IMG/VR virus record: IMGVR_UViG_2531839668_000007
Origin: a virus
Taxonomy: Duplodnaviria; Heunggongvirae; Uroviricota; Caudoviricetes
Strand: one strand, 5' to 3'
Length of the DNA stretch: 23,844 nt
Below are positions 10,494-18,977 of the stretch, in pieces (position 1 is the stretch's first letter; each line of letters starts with the position of its first letter). The translations under genes were made by a program, and so were the position numbers. Below the pieces are notes generated by a model. The model was given only the letters and a program-made list of their open reading frames with translations, was not told the DNA's origin and did no database searches.

Positions 10494-11183
10494 TTAATCC
10501 AGTTTTGCAATATTTTGCTGTAAAAATGCTGCCTTTTGTTTTGAACGTGTTCTCGTCACAAGCAATAAAGCATCACTATCAAGCTGTAGAAAAATGTGCT
10601 TCATTGCAACCCAGCGTTCAGTAAATGTCTCGGACCAGTTTTTTGTTGTCACTCCCACCAATGATGCCAGTGTCTGGTATTCATAGGCCTCACGCCCTGC
10701 AAGTTCGCTCTTCACATCCTGTGCAGCCAGCCAGATTAACGTCTTCAGGCGATCCAGTGTCTTACCTGCAATTTTTCTGTTACTTAACAAATCCTTAAAC
10801 TCGCTCCATGCCCATTGCGTTATGGTGACCTGATGCCCCCATCGAACGCTTTCGCTGTAACACCAAAGCAACCATGCTTTCTGATGTTCATCGAGAGACA
10901 AAACCGCGCGGCGCCATGAAGAGGTTGAGAATTCAACCGGGCTGACCAAAGCAATGGATGAACCTTTTGCGTACGACTGCTTACCGGAAGTCGGCGTATT
11001 ATCCAGCGTAATCATCTTGCCAGTTACCACATCCAGAATGCGCGGCTTCTTTCGTTTGTATGTACCAGTATCAAATTGTGCATGCTCCTGCCAGGCTTCG
11101 AGCTGGCCTTTCGTTGCTCCGTTCAAGTCAGCAGTAGCTGCCATAAGTTGCTCACGAACATACTGTAAATATTGGGTATTCAT
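10494..11183 (-). CDS. Putative late-gene antiterminator Q-family protein (non-lambda Q type)
   Basis: Sits between the nin region and the lysis cassette, as Q does in lambdoid phages. The ORF runs to 11267 (GTG), but the ATG at 11181-11183 has a good Shine-Dalgarno sequence (AAAGGA) and gives 229 aa (MNTQYLQYVREQL...). The family call is from memory of ~230-250-aa lambdoid Q homologs, not from an alignment. Confidence 0.55.
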   Translation of the reverse strand: MNTQYLQYVREQLMAATADLNGATKGQLEAWQEHAQFDTGTYKRKKPRILDVVTGKMITLDNTPTSGKQSYAKGSSIALVSPVEFSTSSWRRAVLSLDEHQKAWLLWCYSESVRWGHQVTITQWAWSEFKDLLSNRKIAGKTLDRLKTLIWLAAQDVKSELAGREAYEYQTLASLVGVTTKNWSETFTERWVAMKHIFLQLDSDALLLVTRTRSKQKAAFLQQNIAKLD

Positions 11184-11657
11184 GCAGTAAATCCTTTCTA
11201 TATTTTGGCATAATTCTTCAACATTCGGTAATCGTTCAAAACCGAATCGGGGAAACGACATAAGCACAGGAGCCCCCAGCGACAGCGAAGGAGTTCTGAT
11301 ATATAAGACTCAGACATCATTCATTCCCCGGTTCTCCAATATCTGTTTCACTCATCATCCATAACTACCTGTAATTGCCCCCCCTTTTTTTGTAACAGTT
11401 CTTATATTGCTATATAGAATAGCCATTACTAATGCATTTAAATTTAATAAAATAAAAATTATAAAAACATAAAACACCACGCAAACACACTTAATAAAAA
11501 CACTGTTACATTAAAAGATAATAAAAACCGCAATAAAAAACGAATAAATCAATTGTCTCACGCAATTATAAAACATCATATTGATTACGCACCTTGTATT
11601 ACAAACTCATGTATGTAAAATACGCGCACCATTCAAAAAAAAGGAAGACAATAACAT

Positions 11658-12617
11658 ATGAAAAAAAGTGTCATCGCTGGCGTCTTTATTGCTCTGTCAT
11701 TTACCACGTGTTCAGCTATCGCGAACAGCCTTGCATTATCATTAGCAAATGATGATGCAGGGAAGTTTCAACCAATACTTAATGATATTTATGGCAATAA
11801 ACATGAAAACAGAGATGATTACTCACAAGGCTTATTTCTGGGATATAGCCACGATATCTCAGACTCGAGCCAATTATCTCTCCATATTGCGCAAGATATT
11901 TACTCTCCATCAGGCAGTAATAAAAGACACAACACAGCTGTAACTGGAGACAGAGCTTTTAGTGCATACACTCACACTGGTATTGAATGGAACTCCCTTG
12001 CGAATGACTGGATTCGCTATCGATTAGGTACTGACATAGGTGTTGTTGGCCCCGACGCAGGCGGTCAGAAAGTACAAAATAAAGCTCATGAGATTATTGG
12101 GGCAGAAAAATATCATGCATGGGATGATCAAATAGAGAATCGCTACGGTTATACTGTAAAAGGGATGCTATCCATGACACCAAGTATGGATATTTTAGGT
12201 GCTAATGTTGGATTATACCCTGAAGTTTCTGCTGTTACTGGAAACTTATTTCAATATGTAGCATATGGCGCAACCATTGCCATTGGTAATGATAAAACCT
12301 TCAATTCGGATAATGGCTTTGGTCTGCTGGCTCCCCGTGGTTTAATGCATATGTCCGATACAAGCGGATTCAAATACAAGATTTTTGCAGGTATGGAAAG
12401 ACGAGATGTCAATCGCAACTATACTCTCGAAGGAAAAACAATACAGACGAAACAAACAACAGTATCGCTAAACAAAACTGTTGATGAATATCAAGTTGGC
12501 GCAACAATTGGGTATGCACCTGTAGCCTTCACACTAGCATTTAATAAAGTAACATCAGAATTCAAGACAGGGGATGACTATTCATTTATAAATGGAGCAA
12601 TCACCTTCTTTTTTTAA
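11658..12617 (+). CDS. lpxR: Outer-membrane lipid A 3'-O-deacylase LpxR
   Basis: 319 aa; N-terminal signal peptide (MKKSVIAGVFIALSFTTCSA), C-terminal aromatic beta-barrel signature (...INGAITFFF). Matches Salmonella LpxR over its whole length as I recall it (ANDDAGKFQP, HIAQDIYSPSG, GDRAFSAY, TGDDYSFINGAITFFF). Shine-Dalgarno sequence AAGGAAG upstream; AT-rich; opposite strand to flanking phage genes. Confidence 0.85.
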   Translation: MKKSVIAGVFIALSFTTCSAIANSLALSLANDDAGKFQPILNDIYGNKHENRDDYSQGLFLGYSHDISDSSQLSLHIAQDIYSPSGSNKRHNTAVTGDRAFSAYTHTGIEWNSLANDWIRYRLGTDIGVVGPDAGGQKVQNKAHEIIGAEKYHAWDDQIENRYGYTVKGMLSMTPSMDILGANVGLYPEVSAVTGNLFQYVAYGATIAIGNDKTFNSDNGFGLLAPRGLMHMSDTSGFKYKIFAGMERRDVNRNYTLEGKTIQTKQTTVSLNKTVDEYQVGATIGYAPVAFTLAFNKVTSEFKTGDDYSFINGAITFFF

Positions 12618-12662
12618 CTGAATTGAATTCAATCAAAATAACATAAGTCCAACAAAAACATA

Positions 12663-12700
12663 AAGTGCGAAATGAATGCCAGCTCCATTTATTTCGCACT
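12663..12700. terminator. Long imperfect hairpin between convergent lpxR and phosphatase genes
   Basis: AGTGCGAAAT ... ATTTCGCACT, a 10-bp perfect inverted repeat with inner partial pairing, between the lpxR stop (12617) and the phosphatase stop (12829). T-rich on the minus-strand side. Confidence 0.35.
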
Positions 12701-12828
12701 ATAAAAGATTAAAAGTTGCAATAAAATAATAAAATGACTCAGTTACGAAAACCAATAAACTGTGGCCAGTAGTGAGTCGCTCATCATCGGGCTTTTTGGC
12801 GAATGAAATTTAGCTACGCTTTCGAGTC

Positions 12829-13494
12829 TCATGCGCCTTCTCCCTGTACCTGAATCAATGTGAGGTTTCCGCAGAACACTGCGCCAGTATCGATATACAT
12901 CTGGTTGGCAAATTTGAGTGGTTTCACTGCTGGCGTATGACCAAAGATGAACGTGTCCGCGCCTTTGATTTCTTTCACGATCCCGTCTTGTGAGTTGCCG
13001 ATTCGTTCGCGGTTCCAGATTACCTGCTGAGGATCAACTGGCTTTCCAAATTCGTATTCGTTACAAGGATAATCGGCGTGGCAAATGACATATTTTTTAT
13101 CTTTGCTCACCAGTTCGATGATTAACGGAAGTTCTTCTGCTTTATGGGCAAGAACTTTAGCCAGAGTCTCTTTGTCGTAATCGAGATTAAAGAACCAGCC
13201 ACCGCCATTAAGCAGCCAGTGATTAACGTTTCCACGCTCTGATAAGCCATCAATCATCATTTGCTCATGGTTTCCACGCACAGCTCTGAACCAGGGGAAT
13301 GTGATTAATTCCAGACATTCGACGTTCTCTGTACCGCGATCAACCAAATCGCCAACCGAGATGAGCAGGTCTTTTTTGGTGTCGAATCCAATCGTATCCA
13401 GTTTGTTCATCAGGTTCGTGTAGCATCCGTGCAGGTCGCCAGCTACCCAAATATTTCGGTATTTGCTGCCATCAATTCTTTCGTAGATATTCAT
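12829..13494 (-). CDS. Lambda-type Ser/Thr protein phosphatase (lambda orf221 / PPase homolog)
   Basis: 221 aa; phosphoesterase motifs GDLHG, GDLVDRG, GNHE; near-identical to lambda phosphatase as recalled ([30 protein letters not shown]...). The ATG overlaps the ninG stop. Confidence 0.9.
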   Translation of the reverse strand: MNIYERIDGSKYRNIWVAGDLHGCYTNLMNKLDTIGFDTKKDLLISVGDLVDRGTENVECLELITFPWFRAVRGNHEQMMIDGLSERGNVNHWLLNGGGWFFNLDYDKETLAKVLAHKAEELPLIIELVSKDKKYVICHADYPCNEYEFGKPVDPQQVIWNRERIGNSQDGIVKEIKGADTFIFGHTPAVKPLKFANQMYIDTGAVFCGNLTLIQVQGEGA

Positions 13495-13952
13495 GCAGCC
13501 TCACTTCTGCTGTTTCGCAGGTCTTTGAGTTTCTGTTGGTACTCTGCCTTGATCGCCTTGCACTCTTCGACAGTCCAGCGATGGCGGTTATGGTTTGATT
13601 CGATTTCGTCTACTGCTTCCTGCCCGATGCGGCTAATCAGTTCGACGCGATACGGAACGAGATTTCCGCTTTTGTGCTGGTTGCACACCACGCATTGCTT
13701 GTGAATATTGCGTTCATCAAATCGGAGTTGAGGTGCCGCAGCAGTTGTCCGGTAATGTCCGGCATCCCACTGAGCAGACGTGAGCGTTCCGCACGAGATA
13801 CATGGTAAGTCGCGGTCTCTTTCTCTGATGAAGGCGTTTACGGCTTGTTGGGCTTGTTTAATCCAGTAACTGCGGGGCTTTAAGGCGAGTTTTCGAATCT
13901 TAAGTTTATCTTTCTGTTTCTGCTCCTCTCGTCGTCGTTTCTTCTCTGCTGC
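13491..13952 (-). pseudogene. ninG: ninG 3' fragment (N-terminal ~50 codons missing, no start codon)
   Basis: The minus-strand frame is open from a TAA (plus 13953-13955) and reads [153 protein letters not shown], matching lambda NinG from about residue 50 to the end as recalled. The ORF-track start at 13691 is simply the first in-frame GTG. Confidence 0.8.
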
Positions 13953-13954
13953 TT

Positions 13955-14149
13955 AACGATGAAACCATGCAGGAGATTAACACTCTGCTGATCGCCCTGG
14001 ATAAAACATGGGATGACGACTTATTGCCGCTCTGTTCCCAGATATTTCGCCGCGACATTCGCGCATCGTCAGAACTGACACAGGCCGAAGCAGTGAAAGC
14101 TCTTGGATTCCTGAAACAGAAAGCCACTGAGCAGAAGGTGGCAGCATGA
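13955..14149 (+). pseudogene. bet: bet (Red-beta) 3' fragment, last ~64 codons only
   Basis: Reads [64 protein letters not shown], matching the C-terminus of lambda Bet as recalled. Homology starts 2 nt from where ninG homology ends on the other strand. The stop overlaps the exo start as in lambda. Confidence 0.8.
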
Positions 14150-14826
14150 CACCGGACATTATCCTGCAGCGTGCCGGGATCGACGTGAGAGCTGTCGAAC
14201 AGGGAGATGATGCGTGGCACAAATTACGGCTCGGCGTCATCACAGCTTCAGAAGTTCATAACGTAATAGCAAAACCCCGCTCCGGAAAAAAGTGGCCTGA
14301 CATGAAAATGTCCTACTTCCACACCCTGCTGGCTGAGGTTTGCACCGGTGTGGCTCCGGAAGTTAATGCTAAGGCGCTGGCCTGGGGAAAACAGTACGAG
14401 AACGACGCCAGAGCCCTGTTTGAGTTTACTTCCGGCGTGAATGTTACTGAATCCCCGATCATCTATCGCGACGAAAGTATGCGCACCGCCTGCTCTCCCG
14501 ATGGTTTATGCAGTGACGGCAACGGCCTTGAACTGAAATGCCCGTTTACCTCCCGGGATTTCATGAAATTCCGGCTCGGTGGTTTCGAGGCCATAAAGTC
14601 GGATTACATGGCCCAGGTGCAGTACAGCATGTGGGTGACGCGAAAAGATGCCTGGTACTTTGCCAACTATGACCCACGAATGAAGCGTGAAGGCCTGCAT
14701 TATGTCGTGGTTGAGCGGGATGAAAATTACATGGCGAGTTTTGACGAGATGGTGCCGGAGTTCATCGAAAAAATGGACGAGGCACTGGCTGAAATTGGTT
14801 TTGTATTTGGGGAGCAATGGCGATGA
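14146..14826 (+). CDS. exo: Lambda exonuclease (Red-alpha)
   Basis: 226 aa; near-identical to lambda Exo as recalled ([40 protein letters not shown]...GFVFGEQWR). Confidence 0.9.
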   Translation: MTPDIILQRAGIDVRAVEQGDDAWHKLRLGVITASEVHNVIAKPRSGKKWPDMKMSYFHTLLAEVCTGVAPEVNAKALAWGKQYENDARALFEFTSGVNVTESPIIYRDESMRTACSPDGLCSDGNGLELKCPFTSRDFMKFRLGGFEAIKSDYMAQVQYSMWVTRKDAWYFANYDPRMKREGLHYVVVERDENYMASFDEMVPEFIEKMDEALAEIGFVFGEQWR

Positions 14827-15005
14827 CGCATCCTCACGATAATATCCGGGTGGGCGCGATCACTTTCGTCTACTCCATTACAAAGCGAGGCTGGGTATTT
14901 CCCGGCCTTTCTGTTATCAGAAATCCCCTGAAAGCACAGCGGCTGGCTGAGGAGATAAATAATAAACGGGGAGCTGTATGCACAAAGCATCTCCCGTTGA
15001 GTTAA
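14823..15005 (+). CDS. Small early protein, lambda orf60a-like (60 aa)
   Basis: The ATG at 14823-14825 overlaps the exo stop (ATGA) and gives 60 aa; position and size match lambda orf60a downstream of exo. The ORF-track start at 14817 is an alternative. Confidence 0.5.
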   Translation: MTHPHDNIRVGAITFVYSITKRGWVFPGLSVIRNPLKAQRLAEEINNKRGAVCTKHLPLS

Positions 15006-15169
15006 GAACGAGTATCGAGATGGCACATAGCCTCGCTCAAATTGGAGTCAGGTTTGTGCCAATATCAGTAGAAACAGACGAAGAATTTCATACGTTAGCC
15101 GCATCCCTTTCACAAAAGCTGGAAATGATGGTGGCGAAAGCAGAAGCAGATGAGAGAGACCAGGTATGA
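14978..15169 (+). CDS. Small early protein, lambda orf63-like (63 aa)
   Basis: 63-aa ORF overlapping the previous gene by 28 nt, as lambda orf63 overlaps orf60a; product identity inferred from position and length only. Confidence 0.45.
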   Translation: MHKASPVELRTSIEMAHSLAQIGVRFVPISVETDEEFHTLAASLSQKLEMMVAKAEADERDQV

Positions 15170-15249
15170 CAACCACTGAATGCATTTTTCTGGCAGCGGG
15201 CTTCATATTCTGTGTGCTTATGCTTGCCGACATGGGGCTTGTTCAATGA
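15166..15249 (+). CDS. Candidate 27-aa hydrophobic peptide, translationally coupled on both sides
   Basis: ATG at 15166-15168 overlaps the upstream TGA (ATGA); its own TGA at 15247-15249 overlaps the downstream ATG 15246-15248 (ATGA). Product MTTTECIFLAAGFIFCVLMLADMGLVQ is one TM-like helix. Alternative model: a 93-aa ORF from the ATG at 15180 in another frame. Confidence 0.3.
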   Translation: MTTTECIFLAAGFIFCVLMLADMGLVQ

Positions 15250-15461
15250 CACCTCAGCAAGAAAACGCCCTTCGCAGCATTGCCCGTCAGGCTAATTCTG
15301 AAATCAAAAAAGCCAGACAGCAGTTTCCGGATAAAAACGTCGATGACATTTGCCGTAGCGTACTAAAGAAGCACCGCGAAACGGTAACGCTGATGGGATT
15401 CACACCGACTCATTTAAGCCTGGCGATCGGCATGTTGAACGGCGTCTTTAAGGAACGGTGA
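15246..15461 (+). CDS. Hypothetical early-region protein (71 aa)
   Basis: ORF with a Shine-Dalgarno-like GGGG about 9 nt upstream of the ATG at 15246; hydrophilic, lysine-rich. Could instead start at 15180 (93 aa). Confidence 0.4.
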   Translation: MTPQQENALRSIARQANSEIKKARQQFPDKNVDDICRSVLKKHRETVTLMGFTPTHLSLAIGMLNGVFKER

Positions 15462-15482
15462 ACATGAAAAGCAAAATCATCA

Positions 15483-15505
15483 GGGAGCTACAGGCTCCTT
15501 TTTTA
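15483..15505 (+). terminator. Rho-independent terminator inside the early-left gene string
   Basis: GGAGC-TACAG-GCTCC followed by TTTTTTATTATT on the + strand, directly after the 15461 stop and before the TraR-like gene. Confidence 0.5.
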
Positions 15506-15559
15506 TTATTCGCATTCACCCTCAAGCGTATTAACCAACAATTCAGGGATTAATGAAAG

Positions 15560-15781
15560 ATGGCAGACATAATTGATTCAGCATCAGAAATTGAAGAATT
15601 ACAGCGCAACACAGCAATAAAAATGCGCCGCCTGAACCACCAGGCTATATCTGCCACTCATTGTTGTGAGTGTGGCGATCCGATAGATGAACGAAGACGA
15701 CTGGCCGTTCAGGGTTGTCGGACTTGTGCCAGTTGCCAGCAAGATCTGGAGCTTATCAGTAAACAGAGAGGTTCGAAGTGA
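15560..15781 (+). CDS. TraR/DksA-family C4 zinc-finger protein (73 aa)
   Basis: CCECGDPIDERRRLAVQGCRTCASCQ is a CxxC-17-CxxC arrangement with the conserved RRxLA(V)P-like core typical of phage TraR-like proteins. Confidence 0.65.
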   Translation: MADIIDSASEIEELQRNTAIKMRRLNHQAISATHCCECGDPIDERRRLAVQGCRTCASCQQDLELISKQRGSK

Positions 15782-16185
15782 GCGAAATTAACTCTCAGGC
15801 ACTGCGTGAAGCGGCAGAGAAAGCCGGTGAAGATAAGTGGCAGGCTAAAAAAATAAATGGTGATTTTTTCGTTATTCGTCACGGTAGTTATACAAGACAG
15901 CATGGCTACACATCGTATCAACCCATTGCGGAGATTGATTGTAAGCCAGTCCGGGATTTTGTTGCCAAGGCTAATCCGGCTACCGTGCTGGAATTACTGG
16001 ATGAACTGGAAGCAGCAAAAAAGCGCATTGCAGAACTGGAAGCGCGGGAAATACTGCTCCCGGAACGTAGCAGCATGCTTCATCGAACAGATTTTCACGA
16101 TGATTACCAAACGGTAATGGCATACAAAGTTTCTGAAGTCATCGATGCAATCCGCGCTACTGGCATTCGCATCAAAGGAGAGTGA
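15778..16185 (+). CDS. Ead/Ea22-like protein (135 aa)
   Basis: C-terminal coiled-coil segment NPATVLELLDELEAAKKRIAELEAREIL resembles the Ea22-like family signature as recalled. Start overlaps the TraR-like stop; its own stop is 1 nt before the next gene's ATG. Confidence 0.45.
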   Translation: MSEINSQALREAAEKAGEDKWQAKKINGDFFVIRHGSYTRQHGYTSYQPIAEIDCKPVRDFVAKANPATVLELLDELEAAKKRIAELEAREILLPERSSMLHRTDFHDDYQTVMAYKVSEVIDAIRATGIRIKGE

Positions 16186-16186
16186 G

Positions 16187-16942
16187 ATGATTCACTACCA
16201 CGGTGGGCCTATTACTCCTGATACGTGCGCAATGAGAGCATGGAAAGGGCGACATGCGTTTATCAGTTTTGCGCATTCAGGCCAGATCAATCTCGCGGCT
16301 GAATACTGTCAGTCGTTCGCGCTGGACAACGGTGCATTCACCGCCTGGAAAGCAGCTGGCAAAAACAAAATCGACTGGAGCGATTACTACGAGTTTGTTG
16401 CTCGCTGGAAGAATCACCCAGGATTCGATTTTGCCATTATCCCGGATGTTATTGATGGCGGAGAGGAGGAAAATGATGCGCTTCTGAATGAGTGGCCTCA
16501 CGGAAAACTAGCTGGCGTTCCAGTGTGGCACATGAATGAAAGTGACGAGCGATTTATTCATTTGTGCAATGAGTTTCCGCGAGTGGCTATCGGTAGTTGT
16601 GGCGACTATGACGTAAAGCGCCCAACTCTTGCGGTAGCCAGAATGAAAGACCTGATTCGTCACATTGTTGATGGGCATGGTCAGCCGGTTACGAAACTAC
16701 ATGGATTGCGCATGTTAAATCCGCTGATATTCACAAAATTACCCTTAGCCAGCGCAGATAGTACGAACGTCGCTCGAAACATCGGTATTGATAAAGCCTG
16801 GTCTGGGGCTTATGCACCTGCAAGTAAAGAGACACGCGCAGCATTAATGGTAGAACGGATTGAGGCACACAATAGCCCTGGTTCTCTTGCGTATTGTGAA
16901 CAACGCGACCGCTTTGAAATGCAATTGCAACTAGCAGTTTAA
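16187..16942 (+). CDS. Candidate TGT-fold base-exchange enzyme (DpdA-like, 251 aa) lacking a zinc subdomain
   Basis: ATG at 16187 with Shine-Dalgarno AGGAG at 16175-16179. Four segments line up in order and spacing with remembered E. coli Tgt motifs: LDNGAF with TDSGGF (catalytic Asp region), DFAIIPD with DIVMIFD, RVAIGSCGD with GYAVGGLAVGE, and LHGLRM...ADSTNVARNIG with YLMGVG...FDCVMPTRNARNG. No CxCxxC...H zinc site. Assignment is by eye, not by search. Confidence 0.4.
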   Translation: MIHYHGGPITPDTCAMRAWKGRHAFISFAHSGQINLAAEYCQSFALDNGAFTAWKAAGKNKIDWSDYYEFVARWKNHPGFDFAIIPDVIDGGEEENDALLNEWPHGKLAGVPVWHMNESDERFIHLCNEFPRVAIGSCGDYDVKRPTLAVARMKDLIRHIVDGHGQPVTKLHGLRMLNPLIFTKLPLASADSTNVARNIGIDKAWSGAYAPASKETRAALMVERIEAHNSPGSLAYCEQRDRFEMQLQLAV

Positions 16943-16952
16943 GGACTAACAA

Positions 16953-17528
16953 ATGACCACTATTACCAAAGAACGTATTGAATTGTTCATTAAAAATCCG
17001 CTTGAAAACGGGCTTACTCGTGGCGAACAAATGGAACTGGCACGAATTGCACTGGCATCACTGGGAGCAGAACCTGTAAGCCAAACTTACAACTTGCCAG
17101 AATTAATCGAAGGCATGGAGGTTTCCATTGATGTAAGCACTTGTGATGCGGATTTAGGTAATCGCTATTTCGGTACCGTCACCGAGGCGTTAGAACTTGA
17201 TACTGCCAAGAATGGTTACATCCTCCTGGTTCAGGACGCAGAGCCAAACTTCGATATAAATGGCAATTCTCCGGTAACTCCGGATGGTTGGGTTATAGTG
17301 CCGAAGAAACTAACCGCTGAGAACGGCGCTAAGGGTGTGCTATCCGGTGAATTTTCAGAAACTACGTTTATAAGCTGCCCGGAATGCTTTGGTGATGATG
17401 ATTGCGAAACTTGTGACGGCAGCGGAAGAATCGAAATCAAGGTTCCAGTCAGTTGGACAACTATCAAAACTATTTGGGCTAAAGGGTGTGAGTACTTTTC
17501 AATAGTAGCACCGCAGCAAGATGGGTGA
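16953..17528 (+). CDS. Hypothetical protein with C-terminal zinc-ribbon (191 aa)
   Basis: CPECFGDDDCETCDGSG is a CxxC-x7-CxxC motif near the C-terminus; begins 11 nt after the TGT-like stop; no family recognised. Confidence 0.5.
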   Translation: MTTITKERIELFIKNPLENGLTRGEQMELARIALASLGAEPVSQTYNLPELIEGMEVSIDVSTCDADLGNRYFGTVTEALELDTAKNGYILLVQDAEPNFDINGNSPVTPDGWVIVPKKLTAENGAKGVLSGEFSETTFISCPECFGDDDCETCDGSGRIEIKVPVSWTTIKTIWAKGCEYFSIVAPQQDG

Positions 17529-17654
17529 TGAAAACAAGTATTTATAACTTAAAAGCATTAAAAAATCGCTTATAGATCAAAAGAAATCTACGTCAAATAT
17601 TACTATATTTCAATGTGTTATAATTACCCCGTCCATAAAATGGGGGGACACAAA

Positions 17655-17897
17655 ATGTTCAAACGCTGCATCACCAAGTGTGGAAGCACACCTGACATCC
17701 AAGCTTTTATTAATGAAGATGGTAAGCTTGTTGTTGAGAGGAGTGGTCCTTTTATTAGCAAACAACTTATCATTACCTCTCCAGCGGAGATGGCCGGGGA
17801 ATGGATAGTTTCTGAACCAGAGGAGTTGCACATCCCGCTTCCTTATGGCCCTCAGGGACTGATTTATAACCGTTATGTTCAGAAGGAGGCGGGTTGA
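17655..17897 (+). CDS. Hypothetical small protein (80 aa)
   Basis: ATG at 17655 preceded by a GGGGGGA Shine-Dalgarno-like sequence (the ORF-track start at 17613 is further upstream); a perfect TATAAT at 17619-17624 lies upstream. No family recognised. Confidence 0.4.
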   Translation: MFKRCITKCGSTPDIQAFINEDGKLVVERSGPFISKQLIITSPAEMAGEWIVSEPEELHIPLPYGPQGLIYNRYVQKEAG

Positions 17898-18176
17898 CAA
17901 TGTCAGGCATAACATCGCCGAGAAATCGAAAGAAAAACAGAACAAGGTAAACGTTGACCTTGCAGCATCAGGCATGGAGTACAGAGAGCGCCTTAACATA
18001 CCTGTTATCACTGAGCAGGTATCATGAGAGCAACCTGAGCACTCACGCGAGTATTTCATGGAGCGCATCAGATACTATCGCGAGCAGTCGTTAAACATGC
18101 CCAAGGGAAGCAACCCATGGTATATCGATATGGATGAACAGAACGCCAAGAAGTAAACGCAATTTGAACGAATGCG

Positions 18177-18202
18177 AACCCGCCGAGTGCGGGTTTTCTT
18201 TT
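18177..18202 (+). terminator. Rho-independent terminator just left of the IS insertion
   Basis: ACCCGC-CGAGT-GCGGGT followed by TTTCTTTTAT on the + strand. Confidence 0.5.
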
Positions 18203-18238
18203 ATCTGAACTCGCTACGGCGAGTTTTGTTTTATGGCG

Positions 18239-18246
18239 ATGATAAA
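18239..18246. repeat. Target site duplication (left copy) ATGATAAA
   Basis: The 8 bp immediately outside the left inverted repeat are identical to the 8 bp immediately outside the right inverted repeat (20946-20953). Confidence 0.85.
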
Positions 18247-18299
18247 GTAACCGGCTCATTTAAACCGTCTGGTCTGTTTCCTCCGGCTCTACAAAAATA

Positions 18300-18977
18300 A
18301 TGTCCATCATTTTTAATGGACACTATCGTATGAAACACCGGACCTGGATCACTGAAGCTTTACGTCTTCACTTTGAAGAACATTTACCCCGGGTTGTGGC
18401 CGGGCGTCGCCTGGGTGTACCAAAATCAACAGTTTGTAGTATGTTCGTGCGCTTTCGGAGAGCTGGCCTTTCGTGGCCTTTGCCCGCAGGCATGTCGGAG
18501 CAGGAACTTGATGCCTGCCTTTACGGACAATTTTCCACGGTACCAGTCGTACGTCCTGAAAGCACCGTTATATCCGAAGCCCCCGTGGTAAAAAAACGTC
18601 CCCGGCGGCCCAACTTCCCTTATGAGTTTAAAATCGCCTTAGTGGAGCAGTCACTGCAGCCCGGAGCCTGTGTGGCGCAGATCGCCCGGGAAAACGGAAT
18701 CAACGATAACCTGCTCTTCAACTGGCGCCATCAATACCGGAAAGGTGGCCTGCTGCCTTCCGGAAAAAATATGCCGGCACTGCTTCCCGTGACGTTAACG
18801 CCGGAGCCGGATAATAAAATCCCGGCCCCCGCACAGGAACCAGAGCAGATAAATACACCGTCCGACAGTCTGTGTTGTGAGCTGATTCTGCCGGCCGGAA
18901 CTCTCAGGCTTAAAGGTAAACTGACGCCGGCGTTATTACAGACACTTATCCGCGAAATGAAAGGGAGCAGCCACTGA
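18300..18977 (+). CDS. tnpA: IS66-family accessory protein TnpA (orfA)
   Basis: The C-terminal half (RRPNFPYEFKIALVEQSLQPGACVAQIARENGINDNLLFNWRHQYRKG) has the helix-turn-helix region typical of IS66 orfA. The true start may be internal: the N-terminal ~75 aa carry an IS21-like motif (LSWPLPAGMSEQELDACLY) and may not be translated. The stop overlaps the tnpB ATG. Confidence 0.65.
   Translation: MSIIFNGHYRMKHRTWITEALRLHFEEHLPRVVAGRRLGVPKSTVCSMFVRFRRAGLSWPLPAGMSEQELDACLYGQFSTVPVVRPESTVISEAPVVKKRPRRPNFPYEFKIALVEQSLQPGACVAQIARENGINDNLLFNWRHQYRKGGLLPSGKNMPALLPVTLTPEPDNKIPAPAQEPEQINTPSDSLCCELILPAGTLRLKGKLTPALLQTLIREMKGSSH

Noticed and set aside
13906-14243. Minus-strand ORFs 13906..14220 and 13977..14243
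   Set aside because: Antisense to the bet fragment and exo start; no support.
17610-18068. Minus-strand ORF 17610..18068 (152 aa) and 17624..17833
   Set aside because: Antisense to a plus-strand gene with a good Shine-Dalgarno sequence; Cys/Ser-rich low-complexity product.
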